Shown in pieces: positions 39,738-50,077 of a stretch of DNA of 64,000 bases. The notes under the pieces were generated by a model. The model worked only from the letters and a program-made list of their open reading frames with translations. It was not told the DNA's origin and ran no database searches. How positions within the stretch are numbered: the stretch's first letter is position 1; every line of letters starts with the position of its first letter. The stretch comes from Bernardetia sp. OM2101 (GTDB lineage Bacteria; Bacteroidota; Bacteroidia; Cytophagales; Bernardetiaceae): contig NZ_CP170094.1 of the NCBI RefSeq assembly GCF_042180575.1, positions 1,848,604 to 1,912,603 on the forward strand, given 5' to 3'. The translations under genes were made by a program, and so were the position numbers.

Positions 39738-40288
39738 ACTGTTTTTGCTCCATTTTCTTTTGCAAACTCTAAAAAACGTTTGAAATTTCTTAAATCTTGT
39801 CCAAAATTATTTCCTATATATCCATCTCCTTTATCAGTATTAAAGTCAGAAAAATAATATTCTGCATCCAGCATATCATATGCTGTTGGCAGTAAAAGTT
39901 TATTTAAGTTCTCAAGTTTTGAGAGTTTTTCTATTAGTGAAGTTACAATTTGCAAAACTTTATCTAAATTGTTCTTTAGTTTAGCCCTTGCTTCTTCAGC
40001 ATTACTTAAAATCTTTTGTTTTTCTTCTTCTGTTTTTGCTAAACCTAGTTCGAATTCTAGAGATTCTTCATCTGGGTAACCCATAATTTGATAAATTATT
40101 GAGATATCAACATTTGTAATTTTACCAATTTGGTCTAACTCTGCTTCATGTCCTACTGAAGCTTCTCTAAACATGAGGTTGCAAAACTGCCTACTTAGGC
40201 TATGTTTGTGAAAAAAATCTCCACTATAAATTTCTTCTATTTCTTGATAATTATCTGTAACAATGTCTATATCAAGTCCCATATTCAA
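39719..40288 (-). CDS. Hypothetical protein; its last 5 codons are now supplied by the IS1 right IR and target-site duplication
   Basis: The present C-terminus is ...ENGAKTVVVFFL*. The reconstructed pre-insertion sequence would read ...ENGAKTVWFMFG*. Confidence 0.5.
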   Translation of the reverse strand: MNMGLDIDIVTDNYQEIEEIYSGDFFHKHSLSRQFCNLMFREASVGHEAELDQIGKITNVDISIIYQIMGYPDEESLEFELGLAKTEEEKQKILSNAEEARAKLKNNLDKVLQIVTSLIEKLSKLENLNKLLLPTAYDMLDAEYYFSDFNTDKGDGYIGNNFGQDLRNFKRFLEFAKENGAKTVVVFFL

Positions 40289-40371
40289 AGAAAATTATAG
40301 ATTTTAGAAAATTGAAATATTAAAGAATAAACCTATTCTAATCATAAAATCAGAATAGATTTATAAAAAAT

Positions 40372-41142
40372 TTACTTCTCCACCACAGCAAAGAAATCAA
40401 AGCATTTATCGGCATCATCAGAGACAAAATAATCACCCATTGTAACCGAACCAACTAACGAATTATCTTGTTCTTGCAATTTTTTACGATTCATTCTATT
40501 CAAAATATCATACGGAATTTGAAGAATTTGTCTAGGCAAGTTTTGTTCTAAATTAAAAATATCTAGCTTTTTGTATTTGGCAACCGATGCTTTATTTTGG
40601 TTGTAATATTCCCAAATTTTTTCATTCCCTGTAATTCCTTTTACATCTACTTTTGAGAAATATTTCTTTAAAAGTGTTTCTAACTCTTGTGCTGTATATT
40701 CTCTTGTGTGCCAAGGATTGCGTGTAAGCGAAAGTTTGATATTTGGCGTTGTAAGTATCATTTTCCCACCCTTTTTCAAAACTCGTTGAATTTCTTTGAG
40801 GTAAAAATTATCATCTTCGATATGCTCAATGACCTGCTGCGTAACCACAGTATCAAAACTTTCATCGGCTTGATTAGCAAACGGTGGAATGTTTTGATTC
40901 AGAAAAGTAAATTCTGGATGTTGTTTTTGCAAATGATTGATGAGTTCTTGATTTTTGTCAAGAGCCGTGTAATGCGTACAATGAGGTTTGAAAAGTTCTG
41001 CACCTTTTCCCACACCACAACCTGTTTCCAAAATGCTTCCACTTACATGTTTGACAGTTTGATGATAAGCAAAAAGCAAACGTTGATGGATTACGTTATC
41101 GCTAGGAATGGTATAAGCTGTTATTTCTGTTGTTTTGAACAT
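40372..41142 (-). CDS. Class I SAM-dependent methyltransferase
   Basis: Motif I ILETGCGVGKGAELF and a post-I acidic residue are present. Confidence 0.8.
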   Translation of the reverse strand: MFKTTEITAYTIPSDNVIHQRLLFAYHQTVKHVSGSILETGCGVGKGAELFKPHCTHYTALDKNQELINHLQKQHPEFTFLNQNIPPFANQADESFDTVVTQQVIEHIEDDNFYLKEIQRVLKKGGKMILTTPNIKLSLTRNPWHTREYTAQELETLLKKYFSKVDVKGITGNEKIWEYYNQNKASVAKYKKLDIFNLEQNLPRQILQIPYDILNRMNRKKLQEQDNSLVGSVTMGDYFVSDDADKCFDFFAVVEK

Positions 41143-41425
41143 ATTTTTAGTATATCGTAACCGTAAACGAGGTAAAAACTGTCGTTTAGGAGCTTTTACA
41201 TAAATTATATAAGTTACAAAGGTCTTAATTTTTCTTGTAAAAACGCTATAAATTAGATTTTAAAACCTTCAAAATCAGATTTTATAGTTTTTTTTGAGTA
41301 CATTTTAGTAAAAATTGATAAATTTTTACTAAATCATTTATGCAATTTTCTAATTCCTTGCATCTATTTATTATAAAATGAGAAAAAATCATCAATCACA
41401 ATCAAAAAACTAACTCTATTTAATT

Positions 41426-42295
41426 ATGAAAACTACTTTGAAATTTTCACTTTATGTTTGGATTCTTTTTTTGCCCCTTTTTGCTTCTTGTCAAAGGGAT
41501 GAATTTACAGAACAAGATTCTTTCGACCTTACACAAGCAAAGATGAATGCAGAAGAAGCACGTAATGAAGCAACAATGAGCAGCTTTGTAAGTAATCAAG
41601 ATGGCACAGAAGGAGGAACAAGTGGTGAGCCAATCGTACAAGGCTTGTATGTCATCAAAACTGGAAATATGCAACTTCAAGTGCAAGATTTGGATAAAGC
41701 AAAAGAAGAAGTTTTGCAAAAAGTAAAAGCAAATAAAGGATTTACTTCGGCTGCTAATTATAATGATTATAGCTCTTCAAAGCAGCAAAATATAACAATT
41801 CGTGTAGCATCTAGTAATTTTGAAAACTTGATGAAACAACTTTCAAGTATTGGTTTTGTAGAAAGTCAATCTCAAAACTCACAAGATGTAAGTGAAGAAT
41901 TTGTAGATATTCAAGCACGTTTGAAATCAAAAAGAGAAGTAGAAAAACGCTATACAGAGATTTTAAAAGATGCCAAGACAATTTCTGAAATATTGAAAAT
42001 TGAAGACAAACTACGTGTCATCCGTGAAGAAATAGAAGCAAAAGAAGGACGTTTGCGCTATTTAAAAGACCAAGTTTCGCTTAGTACAATCAATCTGACA
42101 CTTACTCAAAAATTAGAAAATTATTCTAAACCACCAGAACGTTCATTTTTTAGTCGTCTGTTTGAAAATATGGGCGAAGGTTGGGATGATTTCTTGATGT
42201 TTGTGGTCGGAGTGATGCGTCTGTGGGTATTTTGGATTGTCTTAGCAGGAATTATTTTTGGAATTGTGAGATGGAGAAAAGCTAGGAAAAAGTAA
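41426..42295 (+). CDS. Hypothetical lipoprotein with a coiled coil and a C-terminal TM anchor (DUF4349-like architecture)
   Basis: There is a signal peptide with lipobox (FASCQRD). There is a central coiled coil and a C-terminal TM helix (LWVFWIVLAGIIFGIV). Confidence 0.45.
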   Translation: MKTTLKFSLYVWILFLPLFASCQRDEFTEQDSFDLTQAKMNAEEARNEATMSSFVSNQDGTEGGTSGEPIVQGLYVIKTGNMQLQVQDLDKAKEEVLQKVKANKGFTSAANYNDYSSSKQQNITIRVASSNFENLMKQLSSIGFVESQSQNSQDVSEEFVDIQARLKSKREVEKRYTEILKDAKTISEILKIEDKLRVIREEIEAKEGRLRYLKDQVSLSTINLTLTQKLENYSKPPERSFFSRLFENMGEGWDDFLMFVVGVMRLWVFWIVLAGIIFGIVRWRKARKK

Positions 42296-42343
42296 TTTTT
42301 GCCTAAACCTATAAGGTTTTCGAAAACCTTATAGGTTTATTTT

Positions 42344-43597
42344 TTATAGTCTTGCTGTTACTTTAGACTTATCAAATTTTCCTTTAATATCATAAATAAC
42401 TGTTTTTTCGTGTTTGATAGTATCAAAATTTAATGAATCAAATTCTTTGTGTGAAACTGCCAAAACGATAGCATCATACTTTTCAGAAGGTTTTTTTATT
42501 AAATCAAGAGTGTACTCATGTTTTACTTCGGCTGCATCTGCCCAAGGGTCATAGACTTCTACATTTGCACCAAAATCTTGAAATTCTCTAATTACATCAA
42601 TAACTCTTGAATTACGAATATCAGGACAGTTTTCTTTAAAAGTAATCCCTAACACTAAAATTCGTGCGCCTTTTACGCTGCTACTTCTCTGAATCATTAG
42701 TTTTACTACTTTTGCAGCCACAAAAACCCCCATTGTGTCATTGATTCTTCTTCCTGCCAAAATAACTTCTGGATGATAACCCAAACTTTCAGCTTTATAC
42801 GTCAAATAATAAGGGTCGACACCTATACAATGTCCACCCACTAATCCCGGTTTGAAAGGTAAAAAGTTCCATTTTGTACCTGCTGCTTCCAATACTTCAA
42901 GTGTATCGATATCCATTTTATCAAAAATAAGAGCCAATTCATTGACAAAAGCAATATTCAAATCTCGTTGAGCATTTTCAATGACTTTTGAGGCTTCGGC
43001 TACTTTGATAGAAGAGGCAAGATGAGTTCCTGCTGTAATAATTGACTTATAAAGTGTATTTAATTCTTCTGCTATTTTTGGTGTACTTCCACTTACAACT
43101 TTTTTTATTTTTGAGATAGTATGTTCTTTATCCCCTGGATTGATGCGTTCAGGAGAATATCCACAAAAGAAATCTTGATTAAATTTTAGTCCACTTTCTT
43201 TTTCTAGAATAGGTACACAATCTTCTTCGGTACATCCAGGGTAAACAGTAGATTCATAGACAACAATATCTCCTTTTTTGAGAACCTTTCCGACTGTTTT
43301 TGAAGCAGCAAGAATAGGAGTTAAATCAGGTTTTTTATATAAATCAACAGGTGTAGGAACAGTTACAATATAAATTGTTGCTTCTGCCAGTTTTTCAAGA
43401 CTTGTTGTGAAAGAAAGTTGTTTTGATTCTTGTAAACCTTCTTTATCTACTTCAAGCGTTTTGTCGTAGCCTTTTTTGAGTTCTTCAATACGATTTTCAT
43501 TAATATCAAAACCAATAGTAGAATATTTTTTACCAAACTCAACAGCCAAAGGCAAACCTACATAACCCAAACCAATAATTGCTAATTTATATGACAT
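42344..43597 (-). CDS. Nucleotide-sugar 6-dehydrogenase (UDP-glucose/GDP-mannose dehydrogenase family; UDP-N-acetylhexosamine dehydrogenase-like)
   Basis: There is an N-terminal Rossmann fold (KLAIIGLGYVGLPLA) and the catalytic Cys region (GGHCIGVDPYYL). Confidence 0.85.
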   Translation of the reverse strand: MSYKLAIIGLGYVGLPLAVEFGKKYSTIGFDINENRIEELKKGYDKTLEVDKEGLQESKQLSFTTSLEKLAEATIYIVTVPTPVDLYKKPDLTPILAASKTVGKVLKKGDIVVYESTVYPGCTEEDCVPILEKESGLKFNQDFFCGYSPERINPGDKEHTISKIKKVVSGSTPKIAEELNTLYKSIITAGTHLASSIKVAEASKVIENAQRDLNIAFVNELALIFDKMDIDTLEVLEAAGTKWNFLPFKPGLVGGHCIGVDPYYLTYKAESLGYHPEVILAGRRINDTMGVFVAAKVVKLMIQRSSSVKGARILVLGITFKENCPDIRNSRVIDVIREFQDFGANVEVYDPWADAAEVKHEYTLDLIKKPSEKYDAIVLAVSHKEFDSLNFDTIKHEKTVIYDIKGKFDKSKVTARL

Positions 43598-43734
43598 AGA
43601 AAAAGAACTTTGTTAATTTAAAAAGGGAGAATTGAAAATCAGTTTTATATTTTCAATCTACAAAGTAGCTAATTTTTACTTATATAAAAAAACGAGAAAA
43701 AGTTTATTTTAGGGCTATTTATAAGATTATTTGA

Positions 43735-43926
43735 TTACCCATTTTGAGAATTCTTCAATTCATCTATTTGCTTCAAAATTTCTTCAGCTTCAGCCGTTTT
43801 TAAATCACTGGCTTTTCTATCTATACGAGACAGTTTAAAGGCTTCTTCAGTCATTTTTTTATACGTTTCTGTCAATTTATCAATTTTTGCTTGTATTGGG
43901 TCTTTTTTCTTAAATAATCCGAACAT
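43735..43926 (-). CDS. Small hypothetical protein (63 aa, charged, helical)
   Basis: The only support is ORF length and position in an otherwise empty intergenic region. Confidence 0.3.
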   Translation of the reverse strand: MFGLFKKKDPIQAKIDKLTETYKKMTEEAFKLSRIDRKASDLKTAEAEEILKQIDELKNSQNG

Positions 43927-44072
43927 AGTTGTAATTATTAGTAGTAAATATTTAATTAATGCCCAACTAACACCTTGTTTATGGTTTTGTTTCTTAATTT
44001 TTACTCACAAAAAAAGCCATCAACAAAATTACGTGTTGATGACTTTTTTCTTTTCAAAAGTAGTCTCAAAAA

Positions 44073-45395
44073 TTAGAAACGAAGCTCTACTAACTCCCAA
44101 AATTCTTTTACTTCATCGTTCTGAAAATTCCAATCATATTTCATGATATAATTATTCTTCAAAAACATGATTGCTTCTTTGTGAGTCGCACAACGGTCTA
44201 TTCCTGTGAGTGCATCTTCTAGTTCGTCTTGATTATTCCCAAATAATTTTTTGGTAAAAAGGAATTTTTGATTGAGTGTAATGAGTTCCTTAATCGTCTT
44301 ACCAGAAGGCTTAAAACGTTCTGCAAATGTCGGTGCATCATCATCTGCTCCTGTTGTATATTTATCAGCAAAAGTAGGTTCTTTAATCGTTTCGGCTTGT
44401 TTGGGTGCTACACTTGTAGTCGTTACTGGGCTACCATTTTTTTTCTCTTCGCTCATAAAATTAGGTGCAGAATAAGTAGTATTCTCTTCTGTTACTTCCT
44501 CTCGTTTATATGATTTGAACAAAGGTGTATCTTCTTTTTGAGTAGCTTCTTCTTTTACTTTTTCTATTTTTGGTTCTGTTTTCTTTTCTGCATAAGTTAC
44601 TTCAGAAGGAGCAAAATTGGTTGTTTTTTCTACTTCCTCTTCTTCAAAAGAAGTATCAAAAAAACTTTTCGTTTCTTCTTTTTGAGGTGTTACTTCTGCG
44701 ACAGGTTCAGGAGCTTTTTCTTCTACTTTTTCAGCTTGTTGAGTAGGTTCAGTAAAAGTAACAAATTCTTGAATTTTGAGAGGAACAATATCTCCAAGCT
44801 GACGCAAAACTGTTTTTGGGTCATCATATTCTACATTATTATCTACAATATTTCCGATGGTGTCAATCGCTTTTGTAGCCGAAATCATTCCTGCATCACT
44901 TTTTTCTTCTAAACCTTTTATGATTTGTTCAAAGAGAATTTTATGTGTTTTTACGTATTTTAAAGCAGGTTTGAATTCTTCATTGACACGAATTGTACTT
45001 CCATTTTGAGCCAATTTCTGAACTTCTTGTTCGTAAAAAACATACGGAGCTAACAATAATTGAATGGTATCAGCCACAGATTGTGTAACTAATTTCTCAA
45101 AAGTAGCTTGGTCAATAGAAATATTGCGAGAAAGCATATTCATAAGTTTCTCTAAAAGAGCCTTAATTTCTGGATTTTCATAATCAAAAAATGGACTTTT
45201 GATTTTAGCATTATCAGCTTGCCAATTTTCAAAAAGAATTTTAATGATAAATAAATTTATTTGTTTTATTCCACAAAAATCAGTGAGTTGAGAGCCTGTA
45301 ATACGCTCATGTTTTGCAAAAAACTCCGAACAAACAGCTTTAGCGAATGATTCAGCATAAGCAAGAACAGCGTTATTATTTAATTTGCTTGCCAT
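44073..45395 (-). CDS. Hypothetical protein with an acidic low-complexity E/K/T-rich central region
   Basis: 440 aa ORF. It is ordered at both ends with a low-complexity middle. Confidence 0.5.
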   Translation of the reverse strand: MASKLNNNAVLAYAESFAKAVCSEFFAKHERITGSQLTDFCGIKQINLFIIKILFENWQADNAKIKSPFFDYENPEIKALLEKLMNMLSRNISIDQATFEKLVTQSVADTIQLLLAPYVFYEQEVQKLAQNGSTIRVNEEFKPALKYVKTHKILFEQIIKGLEEKSDAGMISATKAIDTIGNIVDNNVEYDDPKTVLRQLGDIVPLKIQEFVTFTEPTQQAEKVEEKAPEPVAEVTPQKEETKSFFDTSFEEEEVEKTTNFAPSEVTYAEKKTEPKIEKVKEEATQKEDTPLFKSYKREEVTEENTTYSAPNFMSEEKKNGSPVTTTSVAPKQAETIKEPTFADKYTTGADDDAPTFAERFKPSGKTIKELITLNQKFLFTKKLFGNNQDELEDALTGIDRCATHKEAIMFLKNNYIMKYDWNFQNDEVKEFWELVELRF

Positions 45396-45773
45396 AATTT
45401 TATAAGTAATTGGTTTTGGATATTATTTTTAATGGATTAAATTCTATTTTTATGTCTTGTATTGTGTTATACCAATTTGATTATGCTTTTAATGAATTGC
45501 AAGTTCGTCAAAAAGCTAATCAATACATTATTTCAAAACCCTTTTTAAAGGATTTTTTTCAGAAAAAGTTGTCTTTAAAGTGTTATATATAAAGAGTTTT
45601 GCTACTTGTGCATATAAAACTTTCTCTAAATCTAAAATTTTAGCTAAAAATACGAAAACAATTTGAACTCTATTTTATTTTAGTATTCTAAATTTATTTT
45701 CTCTTATTTTTAGGCTCAAAAAAATTAAACTATTTTTAGTTTAATTCTATTTTTCTAGTTAATTCCCAAAATA

Positions 45774-46124
45774 TTGCCAACAATGCCAAAAATCACAATT
45801 CAGAACATGAACGCCGTAGAATTTTCGGCAGACACAAAAAAAAGTTTATTACAAAACATTTTAGATGAACAAATTGACTGGTTGCACTCCTGTGGAGGAA
45901 AAGGAAAATGCACCACTTGTAAGATGATTATTAAAGAAGGCAGCGAAAATCTTACACCAAAAGGAAACGTAGAAAAAAACTTTTTTGCACTAGAAAGACT
46001 AAAAGAAAACGAGCGTTTGGCATGTCAATGTAGCCTCAAAAATAATGTAGAAGAAGATGCAAAATTAGTAATCTGTGTGGCAAATTCTAATAAATTTCCT
46101 CACATTGAGTATTCTGAATGTTAA
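45774..46124 (+). CDS. 2Fe-2S ferredoxin-like protein
   Basis: The cysteine ligand pattern is CGGKGKCTTC...CQC. Confidence 0.7.
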   Translation: MPTMPKITIQNMNAVEFSADTKKSLLQNILDEQIDWLHSCGGKGKCTTCKMIIKEGSENLTPKGNVEKNFFALERLKENERLACQCSLKNNVEEDAKLVICVANSNKFPHIEYSEC

Positions 46125-46158
46125 TCAATTTATTGTGTTCAAAATAAATTGAAAAATA

Positions 46159-46205
46159 CAAAACCATATTTTACCTTTTTAGTAGAATATGGTTTTGTGT
46201 TTTTG
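46159..46205. terminator. Terminator hairpin between the convergent ferredoxin and VOC genes
   Basis: CAAAACCATATTTTACCTTTTTAGTAGAATATGGTTTTGTGTTTTT. Confidence 0.55.
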
Positions 46206-46450
46206 AAACAGACTAGAAAGTCTCCTATAAGTAAATGAGTAGAATTAAATATAACTAAAAATACCGTAACTTATTGGTAAATGATTTATATGATTTTTAA
46301 GATAAAATGAAGATAAATGCAATTTCAAATTTAATTTGTTATTTTATAATACAACTTTGTATTATCCTGTAATTATCATAAAAATCACTCACTAATCAGT
46401 CATTACTTATATTTAATTTTGTCCAAGTACTTATATGTAAATCTATCAAT

Positions 46451-46882
46451 TTATTTCGCAAAAAGTTGGTCTATATTTCTGAAGGCTTTAAACTCTAAGG
46501 CATTATTTTCTGGGTCTAGGAAAAACATAGTTGCTTGTTCTCCTACTTTTCCTTCAAAACGCAAATAAGGCTCAATGACAAATTTTATATTTTTAGTTTT
46601 CAACTTTTGAGCTAATTCCTCCCATTTTTGCCATTCCAAAACAACTCCAAAATGAGGAACTGGAACATCATGTCCATCCACCAAATTAGTAGGATTTGAA
46701 GCAAGTTTTTCTTTTGAGAATTTACTTTCAGGTTTTTGATGAATTACAAGTTGATGTCCAAAGAAATCAAAATCAACCCAGTGAGAATCACTTCGTCCTT
46801 CTGAACATTCCAAAACATCTCTATAAAATTGACGACATTTTTCTAAATCAATGACAGGGATAGCTAAATGAAAAGGCTGCAT
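46451..46882 (-). CDS. VOC (glyoxalase/bleomycin-resistance/dioxygenase) family protein
   Basis: 143 aa beginning [20 protein letters not shown], a typical glyoxalase-fold beta-alpha-beta-beta-beta module. Confidence 0.75.
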   Translation of the reverse strand: MQPFHLAIPVIDLEKCRQFYRDVLECSEGRSDSHWVDFDFFGHQLVIHQKPESKFSKEKLASNPTNLVDGHDVPVPHFGVVLEWQKWEELAQKLKTKNIKFVIEPYLRFEGKVGEQATMFFLDPENNALEFKAFRNIDQLFAK

Positions 46883-47060
46883 AGAAATGGTGAATTATTA
46901 ATTGTAAATGGTAAATGGTAAATGAATATAAACAACTAATTAAACTTTTAATTAAAAAGTCGTGTAGTTTATTTATTTCTCATTCCATAGGAGTAATTAT
47001 GAATTACGAATATAAACTACTGAATATCAGCTTATTTAATTCCTACTTCATAGTGTGAAT

Positions 47061-47207
47061 CATACTACTAGACTAGACATTTTCAAATAAATAGGTCAGT
47101 CCCAGAGGGCAGACCGTCTATAAACTAAAAACAAGTAAAATTGACTATAAACGGTCTGCTCTACGAGGCTGACCTATACAGTAATTAGTAAAATGTCTAG
47201 TAGTATG
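47061..47207. mobile_element. MITE-like element (147 bp) with 13-bp perfect terminal inverted repeats (CATACTACTAGAC) and longer imperfect inverted repeats. It is flanked by a 9-bp direct repeat, AGTGTGAAT.
   Basis: The direct repeat lies at 47052-47060 and 47208-47216. The arms 47061-47117 and 47150-47207 are inverted copies around a 7-bp inner stem (CAGACCG/CGGTCTG). Confidence 0.65.
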
Positions 47208-47230
47208 AGTGTGAATTAAAGTATTAGAAA

Positions 47231-49240
47231 TTATTTTTTAACAAATTTCTCTGTCAAAACTTGTCCTGTTTTTAGATTAGATATTCTAAGAATATACAAT
47301 CCTTTAGAGAACGAAGATAAATTTTGATTAAAATTCTGAATTCCTTTTTCATAGTTCTCAGTATTCTTAGCAACTGATTTTCCATTACTATCAAAAATTT
47401 CTAGTTGAATATCTGAATTAGAAGAAGGAATTGCAAAGACAAAATTAACAGTGTTTTGAGCAGGGTTTGGATATATTTTTTGAATCTCAAACTTTGTAAT
47501 TACACCTTGATTATCAATAGCTATTGTTTTGGTATAAGTAAATGTTCCATCCAAATCTACTTGCTTCAATCTATAATAATTGATTCCATTTTGTGGCTCA
47601 TCATCCCAATATTGATAAATTTGATTTTCCATCTTTTTATTTCCACACTTCAAATCTCCTATTTTGACAAAATCCATTGCATCATTACTTCTCTCTATTT
47701 CAAAATGAGAAGTATTAAACTCTCTAGCTGTTGCCCAATGCAATAAATTTTGGTCTTTGACTTTTTCTCCATCAAATTCGGTTAGTTCCAAAGGTAAAAC
47801 CACACAGTCTAATCCTGCTGTTCCAGAGAAAGCAATGTCAAAACCAATACCTGTGGCACTAAAATTATTAATTACAATATAGTATCTTTCTCCAGCTACC
47901 ACATTCAAATCATCATTGAATGGATTACCACCACCTGGATTTTCAGAGTTAGGGTCAGGGTCATTATCACCAAATCCACCTGCTAAACCTGTATCTAATC
48001 CTGTCGTTCCTCCTGCACCTGTACTAGAACTTGCATTACAAGATACACTATTTCCTCCTACTATACCTGCACAAGTATTTGCACGAAAAAGATTAAAATC
48101 ATAATCATCTCCTCCTGGATTTTGAGAATCTATTACAAAGCCTAGAGTTCCAGAAGTTTGAATTTCAAAATTAAGCCAAATAGATTGTAATTCCGTTTCA
48201 TCAAATCCTCCTGTAAAACAATTTCCAATATTACTATCTACTGCTCCAGGACCAAAACTATTCGTATTAAAAGAAGAACTACTACACAAAGGAAAACTAA
48301 CATCACAATCTGAATATTGGTTTTGGATGCAAATATCCATAGTCCCTGTTCCACCATTATTCTCCCATACACGCAAATAATAGGTATTTCCCCCTATAAG
48401 ATTGTACTCTAATATTCTTGACATATTACCAGTTCCTCCATTGTTATCACAATCGATTGATACAAGTGAGCCACATGTACCATCAGGTGCATGATAAAGC
48501 TCCATTCCACTATTTGTAATCGAACCTGCTTCTGTATCAATAACTGCTTGTCCACCTGCTGGAGCTACAAATCTATACCATACATCCTCTGCACCAGTAC
48601 CATTAGCACAAGAAGGGTCTCCGCCGAAAGTATTACTATAAGTAGCTCCTACATTTGTGATTTCTCCAAAAACACACTCAAACTGCCCTACATCTAAATC
48701 AAATGCTCCTGTGCATTCATCGTTAGCTGGGGGTAAAACAGAATGTACACATATACCAAAATCACCTGTTCCTCCATTAAACCCCCACATTCTTATGTAA
48801 TAAATTTGACCATTAACTAAATCAGTTCTTGTAATAAGTGATAAAGTTCCAGCACCTCCATCATCATCACATTCTACAGATGTAAGTGTATTACATGTTC
48901 CATCTGTAGAAGTATATAATTCAATACCTGTATCTCCAAGAGAACCTATTTGTGTTTCAATAGTAATATTACTAGCTACTGCTTCAAAACGATACCATAC
49001 ATCTTCTAAAGTTGTTGGGTCAAAGCCACCACCGAATGCACAACTAGGGTTTCCTCCTGATGCAGCGTTTCCAGATGTAGACCCTACATTTGTACTTGGG
49101 ACAGAAACACAACCTGTTGTGCTAACAATAATGGTAGGAGCAGATGAACAATCGTCAGACTGCCCATATAAATCAATATTAATAAAGCAACACAAAAAAA
49201 CAGTTGCTAAAAAATGAAGTAAGTAATTTTTGTTTTCCAT
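47231..49240 (-). CDS. T9SS-secreted protein with three PPC-like (pre-peptidase C-terminal-like) repeats and a C-terminal Por sorting domain
   Basis: There is a signal peptide. The repeats have the form DVWYRF...YYIRMWGFNGGTGDFGICV. The C-terminal region KIYPNPAQNTVNFVF...LEIFDSNGKSV...GLYILRISNLKTGQVLTEKFVKK matches a T9SS type A sorting domain. Confidence 0.8.
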   Translation of the reverse strand: MENKNYLLHFLATVFLCCFINIDLYGQSDDCSSAPTIIVSTTGCVSVPSTNVGSTSGNAASGGNPSCAFGGGFDPTTLEDVWYRFEAVASNITIETQIGSLGDTGIELYTSTDGTCNTLTSVECDDDGGAGTLSLITRTDLVNGQIYYIRMWGFNGGTGDFGICVHSVLPPANDECTGAFDLDVGQFECVFGEITNVGATYSNTFGGDPSCANGTGAEDVWYRFVAPAGGQAVIDTEAGSITNSGMELYHAPDGTCGSLVSIDCDNNGGTGNMSRILEYNLIGGNTYYLRVWENNGGTGTMDICIQNQYSDCDVSFPLCSSSSFNTNSFGPGAVDSNIGNCFTGGFDETELQSIWLNFEIQTSGTLGFVIDSQNPGGDDYDFNLFRANTCAGIVGGNSVSCNASSSTGAGGTTGLDTGLAGGFGDNDPDPNSENPGGGNPFNDDLNVVAGERYYIVINNFSATGIGFDIAFSGTAGLDCVVLPLELTEFDGEKVKDQNLLHWATAREFNTSHFEIERSNDAMDFVKIGDLKCGNKKMENQIYQYWDDEPQNGINYYRLKQVDLDGTFTYTKTIAIDNQGVITKFEIQKIYPNPAQNTVNFVFAIPSSNSDIQLEIFDSNGKSVAKNTENYEKGIQNFNQNLSSFSKGLYILRISNLKTGQVLTEKFVKK

Positions 49241-49337
49241 AGTATTTTTAATAATTTAATCCATATTTTTCCTAAAAATAATGATAATTATTGAGTTTTA
49301 AATTATTTTTGCCAAAAAAATAAAACAATTCATCATT

Positions 49338-50057
49338 TCAAGCTTTTTTGGTTGTTATTTTAAAACCTACACGAGGAATATTCTCTATTTGGATAGTTTC
49401 ATCTTCCTTCAAATACTTGCGTAATCTTGAAATAAAAACATCCAAACTTCTCCCCAAAAAATAATCATCATCTCCCCAAAGTTCTTTTAAGATAAATTCT
49501 CTCCTCAAAACCTGTTCTTTATTTTTACAAAAAAGCTCTAATAATTCAACTTCTCTTGAAGTAAGAGAATATTTATTTTGGGAAGGAGAAAGCAATAGTA
49601 GATTTTTTACATCAAAACTATACTTTCCTATTTCTATAACGGAATTTTGATCGATAAGATTATGTACTAATAAAGGATTTTCTGTAATTATCGAACGCCT
49701 CAAAAACACCTCCATCTTTAAAACTAACTCTTCTATACTAAAAGGTTTTGTCAGATAATCATCTGCACCAATTCGAAGAGCATGTAAACGGTCTTCTTGT
49801 AATGATTTGGCAGTCAGAAAAAGTATCGGAATTTGTTTATTTTTTGTTCGTATTTTTTGAGCTAACTCAAAACCATCTAGTTTTGGAAGCATGACATCAA
49901 AAATGCACAAGTCAAAGTTATTTTTTTCATCTTCAAAAACTTCAAAAGCTGTTTGTCCATCTTTTATCCATTCAATTTCATAACCTTCTAGTGTTAAATG
50001 GTCTTTTACTACAAACCCTAGTGTAGGGTCATCTTCTACAAATAATATCTTTTTCAT
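49338..50057 (-). CDS. OmpR-family response regulator (receiver plus winged-helix DNA-binding domain)
   Basis: The receiver is MKKILFVEDDP...DLCIFDVMLPKLDG. The C-terminal trans_reg_C wing is GFKITTKKA. Confidence 0.9.
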   Translation of the reverse strand: MKKILFVEDDPTLGFVVKDHLTLEGYEIEWIKDGQTAFEVFEDEKNNFDLCIFDVMLPKLDGFELAQKIRTKNKQIPILFLTAKSLQEDRLHALRIGADDYLTKPFSIEELVLKMEVFLRRSIITENPLLVHNLIDQNSVIEIGKYSFDVKNLLLLSPSQNKYSLTSREVELLELFCKNKEQVLRREFILKELWGDDDYFLGRSLDVFISRLRKYLKEDETIQIENIPRVGFKITTKKA

Positions 50058-50077
50058 AAATTATTTCATTCTCAAAA

